A DNA stretch of 64,000 nucleotides from a virus. A program made the position numbers and the translations under genes. This document shows, one piece after another, positions 1-8,340 of this stretch. The stretch lies in the IMG/VR virus record IMGVR_UViG_3300027668_002455, positions 1 to 64,000 of that record. One strand, 5' to 3'. The notes beneath the pieces are model-generated. The model was not told the DNA's origin. It made no database searches and was given only the letters and a program-made list of their open reading frames with translations. How positions within the stretch are numbered: position 1 is the first letter of the stretch; each line of letters starts with the position of its first letter.

Positions 1-90
1 GTACGTGTACGTATGATATTGTACGTATACGTATTGTACGTGTACGTATGACATTGTACGTATACGTATTGTACGCGTACGTATGATATA
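1..90. repeat. Tandem array of GTACG(T/C)(G/A)TACGTA units (alternating 20 and 15 bp; 35 bp period), truncated by window start
   Basis: Units at 1-20, 21-35, 36-55, 56-70 and 71-90, read directly. Confidence 0.95.
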
Positions 91-103
91 TCATTATTTC
101 GCG

Positions 104-184
104 CTTATTTATTTCTTATTTGTTTCTTATTTACTTCTTATTTGTTTCTTTCTTATTTCGTTATCGGGCGTTTCTTTCTTATTT
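104..184 (+). repeat. CTTATTT direct-repeat cluster
   Basis: Copies start at 104, 115, 126, 137 (11 bp period), 152 and 178. Confidence 0.85.
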
Positions 185-208
185 GCAAGTCTGGCGTTTC
201 TTTCTTGC

Positions 209-255
209 ACAAAAAAATCCCCGCCCCCCAAAATCAGAAATAGGGGACGAGGATT
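209..255 (-). terminator. Probable intrinsic terminator
   Basis: Imperfect GC stem next to a plus-strand A run (U tract on minus), just after the stop of ORF 277-555. Confidence 0.55.
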
Positions 256-276
256 CCTGTCGTATGGAACAGCCGC

Positions 277-555
277 TTACGCGGGAGTCATAAGTCGTGG
301 GAGTGGGAGTGTGGGTAACGAGGGCAACGTGGGCCGTTGCGAGTCCTCTCTCAATTCCTTTGACTCCGTAAGGTAGTCACTTACCTGTATCGCCGAGGCG
401 AGCAAAAGGTGTGACGACTTCACGGGCTTTAGGTTGGAGTATTTGTGTCCCACCGTGAACACTCTAGCGGAGTTTAGTTTCCCCACCACACGCTCAACAC
501 GTTCATTGTTGATGTTCCAGTACAACGAGCCATTTTTTATTTTTTCTGTTTTCAT
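277..555 (-). CDS. Hypothetical protein
   Basis: 92 aa ORF with promoter TTGCAT-17-TATACT (594-566) directly upstream. Confidence 0.75.
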   Translation of the reverse strand: MKTEKIKNGSLYWNINNERVERVVGKLNSARVFTVGHKYSNLKPVKSSHLLLASAIQVSDYLTESKELREDSQRPTLPSLPTLPLPRLMTPA

Positions 556-583
556 AACTTCATTAAGTATAGTCTATATTGAT

Positions 584-1006
584 TTAGGATGCAAGCACAT
601 AATTTTTCTTGAGCTTACTTTTTGTTGGCATCGGTACGTCCGCTAACACTGTGGACGTAGACCTTGGAGAGAAGCAGTTGGCGTATGGTTGGTGATTAAC
701 CAACGAACCTAGGCCATCCCGCAGGATGTCATATGCTTTTCCCCATTGATGATTGTTAAAAAGATAGAACTCTGAACTTCCACCAGAATGCAAGAGAGTA
801 GCCAGTTTCTCTTTAAGAGCTTCCTCTCTACTCCTTGCATCTTGTAGGGTTAAACCGTCTACAAAGAAGATGTCTTCGACATCCATTGGAGACATAATTC
901 CGTGAACCCGTTCTACACTCTTGTGTGAGTGTCCGACCTTCACCCCGAACGCTGGCAGGGATATATCCCTGCAAGCGTAAAGGGCGGCATATACAGCGTA
1001 ATCCAT
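584..1006 (-). CDS. Hypothetical protein, possibly GIY-YIG/T5orf172-like
   Basis: YAVY...VKVGHS....ER pattern; weak similarity only. Confidence 0.5.
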   Translation of the reverse strand: MDYAVYAALYACRDISLPAFGVKVGHSHKSVERVHGIMSPMDVEDIFFVDGLTLQDARSREEALKEKLATLLHSGGSSEFYLFNNHQWGKAYDILRDGLGSLVNHQPYANCFSPRSTSTVLADVPMPTKSKLKKNYVLAS

Positions 1007-1009
1007 ATA

Positions 1010-1945
1010 TTAGCCTTTAATTTTGGTGGTGTTACCTACACGGCGAACCTTACGCCCGTCGATGTAGCGTTGCATACAGAACAAGACTCGTTGAGCTTGG
1101 CTGATATAAGTTTCATCACCACGGCCTTTTTCACCAAGGATGATGTTGCGAGCTTTTGATGTCGGGCAACTTTTGGGTTGACCGCCTCCAATCGCCTCGT
1201 TCGCGAAGAGCAAAGCTTTAGAGGGACTAACGGAGTGCATCATAGCCAAGGGAAACATAAATGCCATCCGCTTGAACGGTTGACCCTTTTGCCCCGTAGG
1301 AACAATCCCAGCCGCCCACTGGATGCTTTTCTTCTTGGACTCGAAGAACTTTTCCATTTCCTCGTCAGTGGGATTTAGTTGACGTAAGCCCCCAGAACTT
1401 ACGTTCTTGTGACTTTTTAATGTCTCGCTCCACGCTTGCCAACGGATACCAACCTGTTGCGCTTTCGCCCATCCTGTCGGAGTAAGACCCCATTTTTGAA
1501 ACAGACTCAAACCCAACACCTCACGCATAGTACGCGATTTACCACGGTCAAGCTTGGCCATAGACTTAACATCCGCTCCTGATTCAACAATCATTTTTAC
1601 ATTCTTGTTTTGTTTGGAGATAGCATAGATACGATGCTGACCGTCTAACAGTTTTCCGTTCGTGCCAAATTTAAGCGCGGTAGGATAGAAGTTGCCATCT
1701 TCAATATCAAGAATTAGGCGTTGAGTCTTTTTACAATTTACTCGCAAGTTACGATTTGTAAATGCAGGGGCTTTTCCTGCGGGGGTAGAGTTCCGCTCTT
1801 CAAGAATCTTTGCAGCAAACTTGGGAGTGATAACCATAAATTTTACGTCTGGATTCTGATTGTCCAGAGTCGCATCATCTAGGTATGGGGTTTTTTGGGC
1901 TGCCGATTTGCCCTTTCTGATTCGGCGTATAGTTACTGTCTCCAT
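1010..1945 (-). CDS. ParB/Srx-like N-terminal domain protein
   Basis: GKLLDGQHRIYAI motif and NRNL upstream; promoter TTGCAG-17-TATTCT at 2035-2007. Confidence 0.7.
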   Translation of the reverse strand: METVTIRRIRKGKSAAQKTPYLDDATLDNQNPDVKFMVITPKFAAKILEERNSTPAGKAPAFTNRNLRVNCKKTQRLILDIEDGNFYPTALKFGTNGKLLDGQHRIYAISKQNKNVKMIVESGADVKSMAKLDRGKSRTMREVLGLSLFQKWGLTPTGWAKAQQVGIRWQAWSETLKSHKNVSSGGLRQLNPTDEEMEKFFESKKKSIQWAAGIVPTGQKGQPFKRMAFMFPLAMMHSVSPSKALLFANEAIGGGQPKSCPTSKARNIILGEKGRGDETYISQAQRVLFCMQRYIDGRKVRRVGNTTKIKG

Positions 1946-2069
1946 ATCAATCTTTTTTCTTTCTGTTTTAGGTTAAGCGCGAGTTTCTATGTCGCGCACT
2001 TCAATTAGAATAACAAACTTTGAGATTAACTGCAAGTAAAAAAGAAAATAAAACGCATCAATCTTCCCC

Positions 2070-2157
2070 TTGACAAACAAGCCTCGCGGGTGGGCCCCGC
2101 CGGATAGTACGTGTACGTACTATTCGTTGATGCCGCCGACAAGCCAAGTATTGTCAG
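2070..2157. repeat. Palindromic dispersed element, copy 1
   Basis: TTGACA at 2070, GC arm, core GATAGTACGTGTACGTACTAT at 2103-2123, TGTCAG ending 2157. Confidence 0.9.
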
Positions 2158-2186
2158 GTTCTTTATCTTTATCAGATTCTTTCATA

Positions 2187-2390
2187 CTAAAAAGTTCTAT
2201 GTATTAAGTCTTTCGGCGTAGTAGTCGGTGGTCGCCAACCTCCATCACAATTACAATACTTCGGGCAGTCATCTTCTTTGCTGCCTTGTTTGCACATCGT
2301 CTCGTGGCACGTTGGACATAGGTGCAACCGTCTCATCTGCGGATGCTTGACGCAAAACTCTTTTGTTAGTGGGCCGTATTTAGTTGTCAT
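2187..2390 (-). CDS. Small Cys-rich hypothetical protein
   Basis: CPTC and CNC motifs; in line with neighbouring minus-strand ORFs. Confidence 0.6.
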   Translation of the reverse strand: MTTKYGPLTKEFCVKHPQMRRLHLCPTCHETMCKQGSKEDDCPKYCNCDGGWRPPTTTPKDLIHRTF

Positions 2391-2580
2391 TTTATTAAGG
2401 TCTCACCGCGCCCGCCTTGCCCGATTTTGTCTTTCCGCCCCCCAAGTATTTAGCTTGGTCTGAAGGTTTTCCGTGGAGGCCATTTGCTCCGAGTCGGCTG
2501 CGTTGATTCTTCGTCGGTGAAGTGCGACAGGAGAGTTTAGGTTTCTTTGCTAGTGGTTTCATAATTTTATTCTTTTGTTG

Positions 2581-2954
2581 TTAAAATCCGAATCGACTGC
2601 CAAACTCTTTTACTTCCACTACCCAACGCGCGCCTTCTTTAGTTGGCTCGGCAAGTTCTTTCACCTCTGTTACTCTGCCACTCCATTGATTTTGTTGATA
2701 GGCGGCCCAAGTTTGTGCGGCGTGTTTATATCTGAAGTAGTTCATATCACCCTGTTTTGCCACTCTCTTTCCATTTCTCTATAGGTTTGAATCTCTTTCA
2801 CCATAGTCAAAGATTTGTTAATCATATCTTCGTCCAAACCAAGGCAAAGAGAAGGGTGATGCGCTCGCCCACTTTTTAATTTTCCCCACTCAATGCAGTT
2901 TGTTACATCTTGCAAGGTGCTGTGTATGTATTCCAGTTTTTCGTGTTCAGTCAT
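2581..2954 (-). other. Two overlapping small hypothetical CDS (2742-2954, 2581-2763)
   Basis: ORF track; tight packing on the coding strand. Confidence 0.6.
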
Positions 2955-3097
2955 TTTATCTAAATAAGATTGCTACAATCACACCCACCAAGACACCCAC
3001 CGAAAAGATAGTGGCGTAAAAAGTCTCTGGGGCGTAAATTTCGACAAGGGTTGCCTCATCCGCTTTACCTTCTTTATCACAATCAATTTTGAAATAT

Positions 3098-3331
3098 CTA
3101 TTCATAATTTTGTTTGTGGTATGATGGCAATTTAGCCTCTACAATGTTCAGGGTCGCAACTGTGTTGCCATTGCCGTCTTGCGCGGTGGTGAAGTCGCCA
3201 ACGTCTGCCGCCATAATGCGGTCAGCATTATCCAATAGTCTTTCAAGGACGTTCCGCATCTCAAACAATCGTTCGGCATCGTTACTGCCAAATGCCGAGT
3301 TGCCCAATTCAATTTCAATTATCGCTTTCAT
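3098..3331 (-). CDS. Hypothetical protein (start MKAIIEIELG)
   Basis: A-rich leader before ATG 3331 is more plausible than the 3379 start. Confidence 0.65.
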   Translation of the reverse strand: MKAIIEIELGNSAFGSNDAERLFEMRNVLERLLDNADRIMAADVGDFTTAQDGNGNTVATLNIVEAKLPSYHKQNYE

Positions 3332-3496
3332 AGTTTTTTTTGGTTTGTAATTTACAAGTCCGTGCCAGAAGTCACTCATACTGCGTTATAGTAGAGGGTG
3401 ACTGTCAACACGGCGTATGCCGCTATTCCCCACAGTATAAGCCACAGGAGTGTAGTGATGAATGTATCTAGTATGTCTTTCATAGTTTTAATTATC

Positions 3497-3751
3497 TCAC
3501 AGATTAGAAATCAGGTCAAGTTCTTTTTCAACGCCTTCGGGAGTAAGGAACCCCTTAACGTCATCGTTCCAGCCGAGTGGGTCGCACATCCTGCCGAGGG
3601 CATCGAATACACCAATCTCATAAAGGCCTTTTTCGCCTCCGTAGGATAATTGATTTTGTACTACGCTTACCTCGTAGCCACTCTCAAACTTGACTACCGC
3701 CTGTATATCGCCCACAGCGTGGGTTTCAAATTTTAATTCTTTGAATGTCAT
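3497..3751 (-). CDS. Conserved phage-type hypothetical protein
   Basis: F..GY.VSVV....YGGEKGLYEIGV...V.G.L pattern recalled from small phage proteins. Confidence 0.7.
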   Translation of the reverse strand: MTFKELKFETHAVGDIQAVVKFESGYEVSVVQNQLSYGGEKGLYEIGVFDALGRMCDPLGWNDDVKGFLTPEGVEKELDLISNL

Positions 3752-4194
3752 AATATTGCCCTAACTTCTTTACCCATCTCGCCACAACCGAATACGACAA
3801 GTTTAGCTTTATGAACTGGCTCGCCTGTATCCGTCCGAATGAATGTTTCATTCTTATATGGATTGTAGGTGATACCCACCGAATCCAAAATCCAAGTACA
3901 GGCTGGGCCGATGTTCTCCCAGCGTTGTTCTTCTTCATTCCAGCCTTCTCGACCTTGAATGTAAGCGTGAACATTCTTACGCTTCTCATCACGCACTCTC
4001 TCCTTACCCTTCTCACTCACACGCAAGGTGCAATCCCAAAGGGCAAAGTGACAAAGGTGCTTCTTAACTAGACCGTCATTACCACGTACGCTATACACGG
4101 GTTGGTCGCCAACTGCTTTGGGGTCAATCCCCTTGCCGACTTGCTTGCTCAACTTTTTGTTGAGGTTCCGATATGCTTGGATGTAGCCTTTCAT
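3748..4194 (-). CDS. Conserved phage-type hypothetical protein
   Basis: YRNLN, RV..EKRKNVHAYI.G and YNPY motifs; start overlaps the upstream stop. Confidence 0.7.
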   Translation of the reverse strand: MKGYIQAYRNLNKKLSKQVGKGIDPKAVGDQPVYSVRGNDGLVKKHLCHFALWDCTLRVSEKGKERVRDEKRKNVHAYIQGREGWNEEEQRWENIGPACTWILDSVGITYNPYKNETFIRTDTGEPVHKAKLVVFGCGEMGKEVRAIL

Positions 4195-4397
4195 TATTCC
4201 TCCTCCGTTCCAAAGATTCCGTCTTGGCAGGGCTGGCATAAAACCGAGATGCCGTACTCCCTGCGGGAGACTTCGTTGCGGAACTCAAGATTGAATTCAC
4301 CGCACTTAACACATTGACCGCTCGATTTTGCCACGGCGGGGTAACGACCATAAATGTTAAAGGCCATATTCTCTTTGAAGCTTTGTAGTTCGTTCAT
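4194..4397 (-). CDS. Small zinc-finger protein
   Basis: CVKC...CQPCQD; promoter TTGCAA-17-TACTAT at 4434-4406. Confidence 0.7.
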   Translation of the reverse strand: MNELQSFKENMAFNIYGRYPAVAKSSGQCVKCGEFNLEFRNEVSRREYGISVLCQPCQDGIFGTEEE

Positions 4398-4489
4398 CTG
4401 CCTTAATAGTAAACGATTTTAAGATTCATTGCAAGCCTTTAAATGCAACAATCTTAAAAAAGATATACACTCTCGCCGATACTTTTCCC

Positions 4490-4544
4490 TTGACACACCG
4501 GCCTCGCGGGTGGGCCCCGCCCGATAGTACGTGTACGTACTATC
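4490..4544. repeat. Palindromic dispersed element, copy 2 (left arm and core)
   Basis: TTGACA at 4490; GCCTCGCGGGTGGGCCCCGCC identical to copy 1; core 4523-4544. Confidence 0.9.
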
Positions 4545-4546
4545 TT

Positions 4547-4580
4547 AAAAAACAAAAGGGGCCCCGAAGGGCCCCCTTGC
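4547..4580 (-). terminator. Intrinsic terminator
   Basis: GGGGCCC-CGAA-GGGCCCC hairpin (UUCG loop on minus) plus U tract. Confidence 0.85.
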
Positions 4581-4616
4581 TTTATTATGATAGAACAAAC
4601 AACGGAACAGAAATAG

Positions 4617-4890
4617 TGGGAGAGAGGATTTCTGCATTACCTCCAAAGCCAGTGATCAATACAGTTCATGTTACCAGCTTGCCCAACCCACAAGGTTCAT
4701 ACGATTGTACTCTACCGCTGTGGACTAGCACCTTTCCCCTTGAGATACAAGGATATTCAGTCACTCCCTTTGTCCAGCCGCGTATGCATCGGGACCGGAC
4801 AAAATTGTTCTACTGGTGCTTCCTCGCCCCTAACAGGACGCGTATCCCGTTTGCTGCGTTAGGCTTGCCAAGGCTGTGTTTCGCCTCCCA
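4617..4890 (-). ncRNA. Structured ncRNA with tRNA-like ends; 3' part resembles the manA RNA motif
   Basis: 5' TGGGAGG pairs with 3' TCTCCCA next to a GAGG...CCTC hairpin; several internal stems; GGGAGTGACTGAATA segment; no minus-strand ORF in the track. Confidence 0.6.
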
Positions 4891-4899
4891 GTAAATTGT

Positions 4900-5066
4900 T
4901 GCTGGTGCAGGGGATCGAACCCTACCCGTCCCTATCGTGTCACCGTCTAGTTTCAATGCATCTCCACTAGGGGCTTTCAGCCACGGGCGTTACTACGGTA
5001 CTTGACAAAGAGGGCGTTAACCGTATGTCAGAGGTTATAACCGTAATACTTCCAAACCTCACCAAC
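4900..5066 (-). ncRNA. tRNA-like 167 nt RNA
   Basis: 7 bp acceptor stem GTTGGTG/CACCAGC and T arm TAGGG-TTCGATC-CCCTG; interior far too long for a tRNA. Confidence 0.7.
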
Positions 5067-5076
5067 ATAAATTGTT

Positions 5077-5355
5077 TCAAAGATCAGTAGGGTTGCCCCT
5101 GTCACTCTTTATATAATAAGGCAAATTGACATCTATGTCAACATTTTTTTTAATGTTTTTTAAGTGAGCCTCTAGGGCTACGGTAAAGGCTTGCACCTTT
5201 TCGTCTGGAGCGGTGCGGATTCTGCCCATCATCTTACTCCAGTTAAGATAGTCATCCGCATCTTCTTCTACGTCTGCCACTAAAACCATTCGTTGATCAA
5301 GCGGGTGACTTGCCCACACCTTACCATTCTTTGAGTCAATTACTGCTCTGAACAT
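5077..5355 (-). CDS. Hypothetical protein
   Basis: Promoter TTGACA-17-TATGAT (5390-5362) ends 6 nt before the ATG. Confidence 0.7.
   Translation of the reverse strand: MFRAVIDSKNGKVWASHPLDQRMVLVADVEEDADDYLNWSKMMGRIRTAPDEKVQAFTVALEAHLKNIKKNVDIDVNLPYYIKSDRGNPTDL
5113..5141 (-). promoter_or_regulatory. Sigma70-type promoter for the ncRNA unit
   Basis: TTGACA-17-TATTAT. Confidence 0.7.
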
Positions 5356-5400
5356 TCTCCAATCATAAGGGATATTGAGTCGCGTGTCAACAACAAAATT

Positions 5401-5453
5401 TAGTACGTGTACGTACTATCTGCGGGGGTGGGCCCGCCGCGCCGAAAAGTCAA
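5401..5453. repeat. Palindromic dispersed element, copy 3 (core and right arm)
   Basis: TAGTACGTGTACGTACTATC at 5401-5420, GGGTGGGCCCGCC, AGTCAA ending 5453. Confidence 0.9.
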
Positions 5454-5598
5454 ACACAAACTTTTATGATTGTAAAAAACAAACCCACCATGGCCGCTAA
5501 GCCATGATGGATTGTCTAATATTTTTTACCTTCTGTTAGTGTCGAACTCGTTATAGAATAGGAAAAATAATATAGTTCCTATGATTAATATTGCTCCT

Positions 5599-6330
5599 TC
5601 AATGGGTCAGCACCTCCTTTCGTTTTTTGTTTATCACTTTCAACGCTTCACCGGCTGCACTACCTTTGGGCTGTGTGCCGTGAATCAGAAGCGCGAAATC
5701 TTTTTTGCCAAACGCGGCGTGGGTGTCGTCGTGGTCGATTTCCAAACCGAGGTCGGCGGCTTCTTGCTCGGAGTAAACCACGACAGCTTCTTTCCATCCA
5801 AGGTGGTCTATCATATCATCATACTTGCCACCACGGGAAGCAGTCAACACGAGGTTATCAGGTTTTGGAATCCCCGCAAGCACGGGAAGGCTTTTGCTGT
5901 AAGAGTAAAAAATCTTGTCGGGATTGCGCTCGGCAACCAAGCACCACGCCAAAAAGTAATTGCGATTGAAATAGTCACCACCAACGTGGACGCGCATTAC
6001 GTCAAACTTTTTTGGAAGTGATTCGCAAATGAGATCCGCGCACGCCTCCACGCTGTTAAGCAACGCACTCTTGAGAAGGCTGAGGTTGTGCCAAACCATT
6101 TTACGCAGGGAAGGATAAACCGCCTCGGCACTAGCGGCAAAGCAACGAAATTCTGTTTCGTCTCCGTCTGTGATTTTCCCCGTGTCTGGATCGGCCCACG
6201 CAAGGCAGTCTTTTGCTCCGGGGCAAGTGTGTCCAGCGGGAAGGGTGAAGGTCTTGAGAAGCAGCCCAAGCTGGGCCACCATCTCTTTGAGTTTTTTGTT
6301 CGGATTTCCGAATCGTAATAAGTCTTTCAT
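5599..6330 (-). CDS. GP88-like phage protein
   Basis: GN.KL, FTLPAGHTCPGA..C, CFA, RVHVGGDYF and FYSYSK motifs; promoter TTGACT-17-TACAAT (6368-6340) supports the start at 6330. Confidence 0.75.
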   Translation of the reverse strand: MKDLLRFGNPNKKLKEMVAQLGLLLKTFTLPAGHTCPGAKDCLAWADPDTGKITDGDETEFRCFAASAEAVYPSLRKMVWHNLSLLKSALLNSVEACADLICESLPKKFDVMRVHVGGDYFNRNYFLAWCLVAERNPDKIFYSYSKSLPVLAGIPKPDNLVLTASRGGKYDDMIDHLGWKEAVVVYSEQEAADLGLEIDHDDTHAAFGKKDFALLIHGTQPKGSAAGEALKVINKKRKEVLTH

Positions 6331-6364
6331 ATGCGGTCTATTGTATAGGATGTGAGGTTTAGAG

Positions 6365-6782
6365 TCAAGCATCAACATCAGATAAATTCTCTGCTTTGCC
6401 GTGGTTGTTGTCGTATCCAAAAAATTCAAGGTTGGCACGTTGGGCCTTGTAGCCTGTCGTGGATTCCAACTCTTCCAGCGCGGCAGCGGCAAACTTTCGA
6501 GCGGCAGGGAGTGCGCCGCCTTTGATGCCCTTGAAGGTTTCGCCGTGGTTGTCTATTAGATAGAACAGGCGGGAGAGTTCCACACCGCGCAAATACTTTT
6601 CGGGCGTGGTAAAGAAACGAACGGCACTCTTGGAAATCCAATCCACTTGCTCACTGTCTGGCTCAAGAGAGGCAATAGAATAATGCCAAAACCAATAATA
6701 CTTTTCAGCGGTTTCTTCGCGAGAGTCGCTCTCGATGTAAATGATAATCTTACTGCCCCAAGGTTGTTTTCTAATAGTCATA
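6365..6782 (-). CDS. Hypothetical protein (start MTIRKQPW)
   Basis: ATG overlaps the 3' end of the upstream 46 aa ORF. Confidence 0.6.
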
Positions 6783-6911
6783 ATGCTTTGTGTGTTTTCT
6801 TCTACGTTGAAAAGAGCCTTTGCCCTTTTGTGGTTTCTCAATACGGCAAGCGGAACCCATCAACCCTTGTGGGTTGACTCTGGCTCTTGTACTGTCTTTC
6901 TTGCCTTTCAC
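6771..6911 (-). CDS. ArfA-like (alternative ribosome rescue factor motif) small protein, 46 aa
   Basis: Manual translation MKGKKDSTRARVNPQGLMGSACRIEKPQKGKGSFQRRRKHTKHYDY (GTG start); promoter TTGCAA-17-GATAAT at 6947-6919. Confidence 0.6.
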   Translation of the reverse strand: MKGKKDSTRARVNPQGLMGSACRIEKPQKGKGSFQRRRKHTKHYDY

Positions 6912-6975
6912 TGTTAAAATTATCTCATAAATCGGGTTGCATTGCAAGCCCTAAAGAATGTAAAAAGTAAGAAAG

Positions 6976-6996
6976 TTATTCACAGGTTGTGGATAA
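6976..6996. promoter_or_regulatory. Inverted pair of DnaA-box consensus sites
   Basis: TTATTCACA-GGT-TGTGGATAA in intergenic DNA. Confidence 0.55.
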
Positions 6997-7003
6997 GTTT
7001 TGC

Positions 7004-7091
7004 TTGACAAGCAGGGCCGCGGGGCCCACCCAGCATGATAGTACGTGTACGTACTATCTCAGGGGGAGGGCCCGCCGCTATAAAAATACAA
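7004..7091. repeat. Palindromic dispersed element, copy 4
   Basis: TTGACA at 7004, core 7037-7058, GC arms on both sides. Confidence 0.9.
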
Positions 7092-7126
7092 GTATTAAAT
7101 ACTTATATATAAATACAAGAGAGGGC

Positions 7127-7155
7127 AAAAAAAAGCCCCCGCTTTCGCGGGGGTT
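7127..7155 (-). terminator. Intrinsic terminator
   Basis: CCCCCGC-TTTC-GCGGGGG hairpin plus an 8 nt A run. Confidence 0.85.
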
Positions 7156-7185
7156 GAGTATCGCACACCGGTGTTTTACAGCGAC

Positions 7186-8079
7186 CTATTCAGTCACAAC
7201 GATTTGAGAATCATTGACAACGGGCTTGACCAGCGAGGTCAGGCGTTTTGGGTTCCGAAGCGCGGCCTCGAAGTTCCGCAGCACTTGCGTTCCAATCCGG
7301 TTGGAATACTCGAAACGGGTTTCCTCGACCTCATCAGTGAGATGTTGCGTCACCGAGTTGTACAGGTTGTACAGATTCGGGTCGGTGTTGTTAGTCCGAA
7401 GCAAATCCTCGCGGTTGCTCCAGATACCAGCCACGCGCTCGCGCACCTTTTCGCTCATCACCTTCTTCTTGGTGAGATTGGTGAGGATGTTCAAACCCTT
7501 CTCATCATCCAGCTTGGTTGCGGCGAGTTGCCCGTAAACATTCCCCGACTCTTTCAGAAACGCCAGCGCGTTGTCAAGGGCCGAGTCGGTGATAAGGTTG
7601 TCCAAGTTGAGCTTGGTCGAGTGCTTGCTCACCATATCAATGTCCTTTTCCATTGTCTGCATCCCGTTGAGACACACAAGGCGCATAAGCCCCAACGCGA
7701 AGGAAACGCGCAGAGTACGGTCAAAGGAGTTTTGGACGGTCAAACGATAGTTCATTATATCGCCAACCATCGGCACGGTAGTGCGGAATTGATCACCCTG
7801 CAAATCGTACACAGCACGGAGCTTTGCACCATCATTGGTGGCATACACGTTGCGCTCATACTTAATGCCCCGCGAATCAAAAGCAGATTCTGCTTTAGTC
7901 AGGAGGTCGGCGTTTTGCACAATGCCATACCGCTCTGTACTGTATCCAAGTTCCTCGCCCGTATCGGTTCGCACGTTGGAGAAAATTTTAGACTGTTTCC
8001 CGTTCGGGCGTTTCAGTCGCTCTTGAACGACCTCATAATCCCAGTTGCTGTTTTTAGTTTGTTTTGCTTCAATCGGCAT
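7186..8079 (-). CDS. DUF932/DUF945 family protein
   Basis: VRTDT...LG....Y.IVQN, NSFD, RLVCLNG, H+ and LYNLYN..T..LT motifs; likely start MPIEAK. Confidence 0.8.
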   Translation of the reverse strand: MPIEAKQTKNSNWDYEVVQERLKRPNGKQSKIFSNVRTDTGEELGYSTERYGIVQNADLLTKAESAFDSRGIKYERNVYATNDGAKLRAVYDLQGDQFRTTVPMVGDIMNYRLTVQNSFDRTLRVSFALGLMRLVCLNGMQTMEKDIDMVSKHSTKLNLDNLITDSALDNALAFLKESGNVYGQLAATKLDDEKGLNILTNLTKKKVMSEKVRERVAGIWSNREDLLRTNNTDPNLYNLYNSVTQHLTDEVEETRFEYSNRIGTQVLRNFEAALRNPKRLTSLVKPVVNDSQIVVTE

Positions 8080-8340
8080 AATGTATTTTTTCTTTCTTTG
8101 GTTAGTGGTTTCTCTTACTGCCCTAATTATCTCATACGTTGAGAATGAATGCAACAGTTAATTGCATCTAATACGCATTTTTTAATTGCCCTATATAATA
8201 GCGATTAATTAGCCACTCATTCGTGAGCGACAAACGCGTTTGCCAATCATAAAACGCAAAAAGTGATTGACAAGTTTCTTGTAAAGGGGTGTTTTCTCCG
8301 GTGCGAAATTCGCCCGAAACACGAAACTCAAAAGTTTTTC

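Noticed and set aside
83-376. 97 aa hydrophobic plus-strand ORF
   Set aside because: It arises from the T-rich CTTATTT repeats and crosses a terminator and an opposite-strand gene.
4490-4894. Plus-strand ORFs 4490-4894, 6989-7207 and 8263-8508 sharing the peptide DSTCTYYL
   Set aside because: The shared peptide is just the translation of the DNA repeat; these ORFs run against local gene orientation and cross terminators.
4617-5066. tmRNA
   Set aside because: There is no alanine acceptor identity (G3:U70) and no recognisable tag reading frame; the two halves each close their own terminal stem.
7171-8142. 323 aa plus-strand ORF
   Set aside because: It is the antisense shadow of the DUF932 gene and has no motifs.
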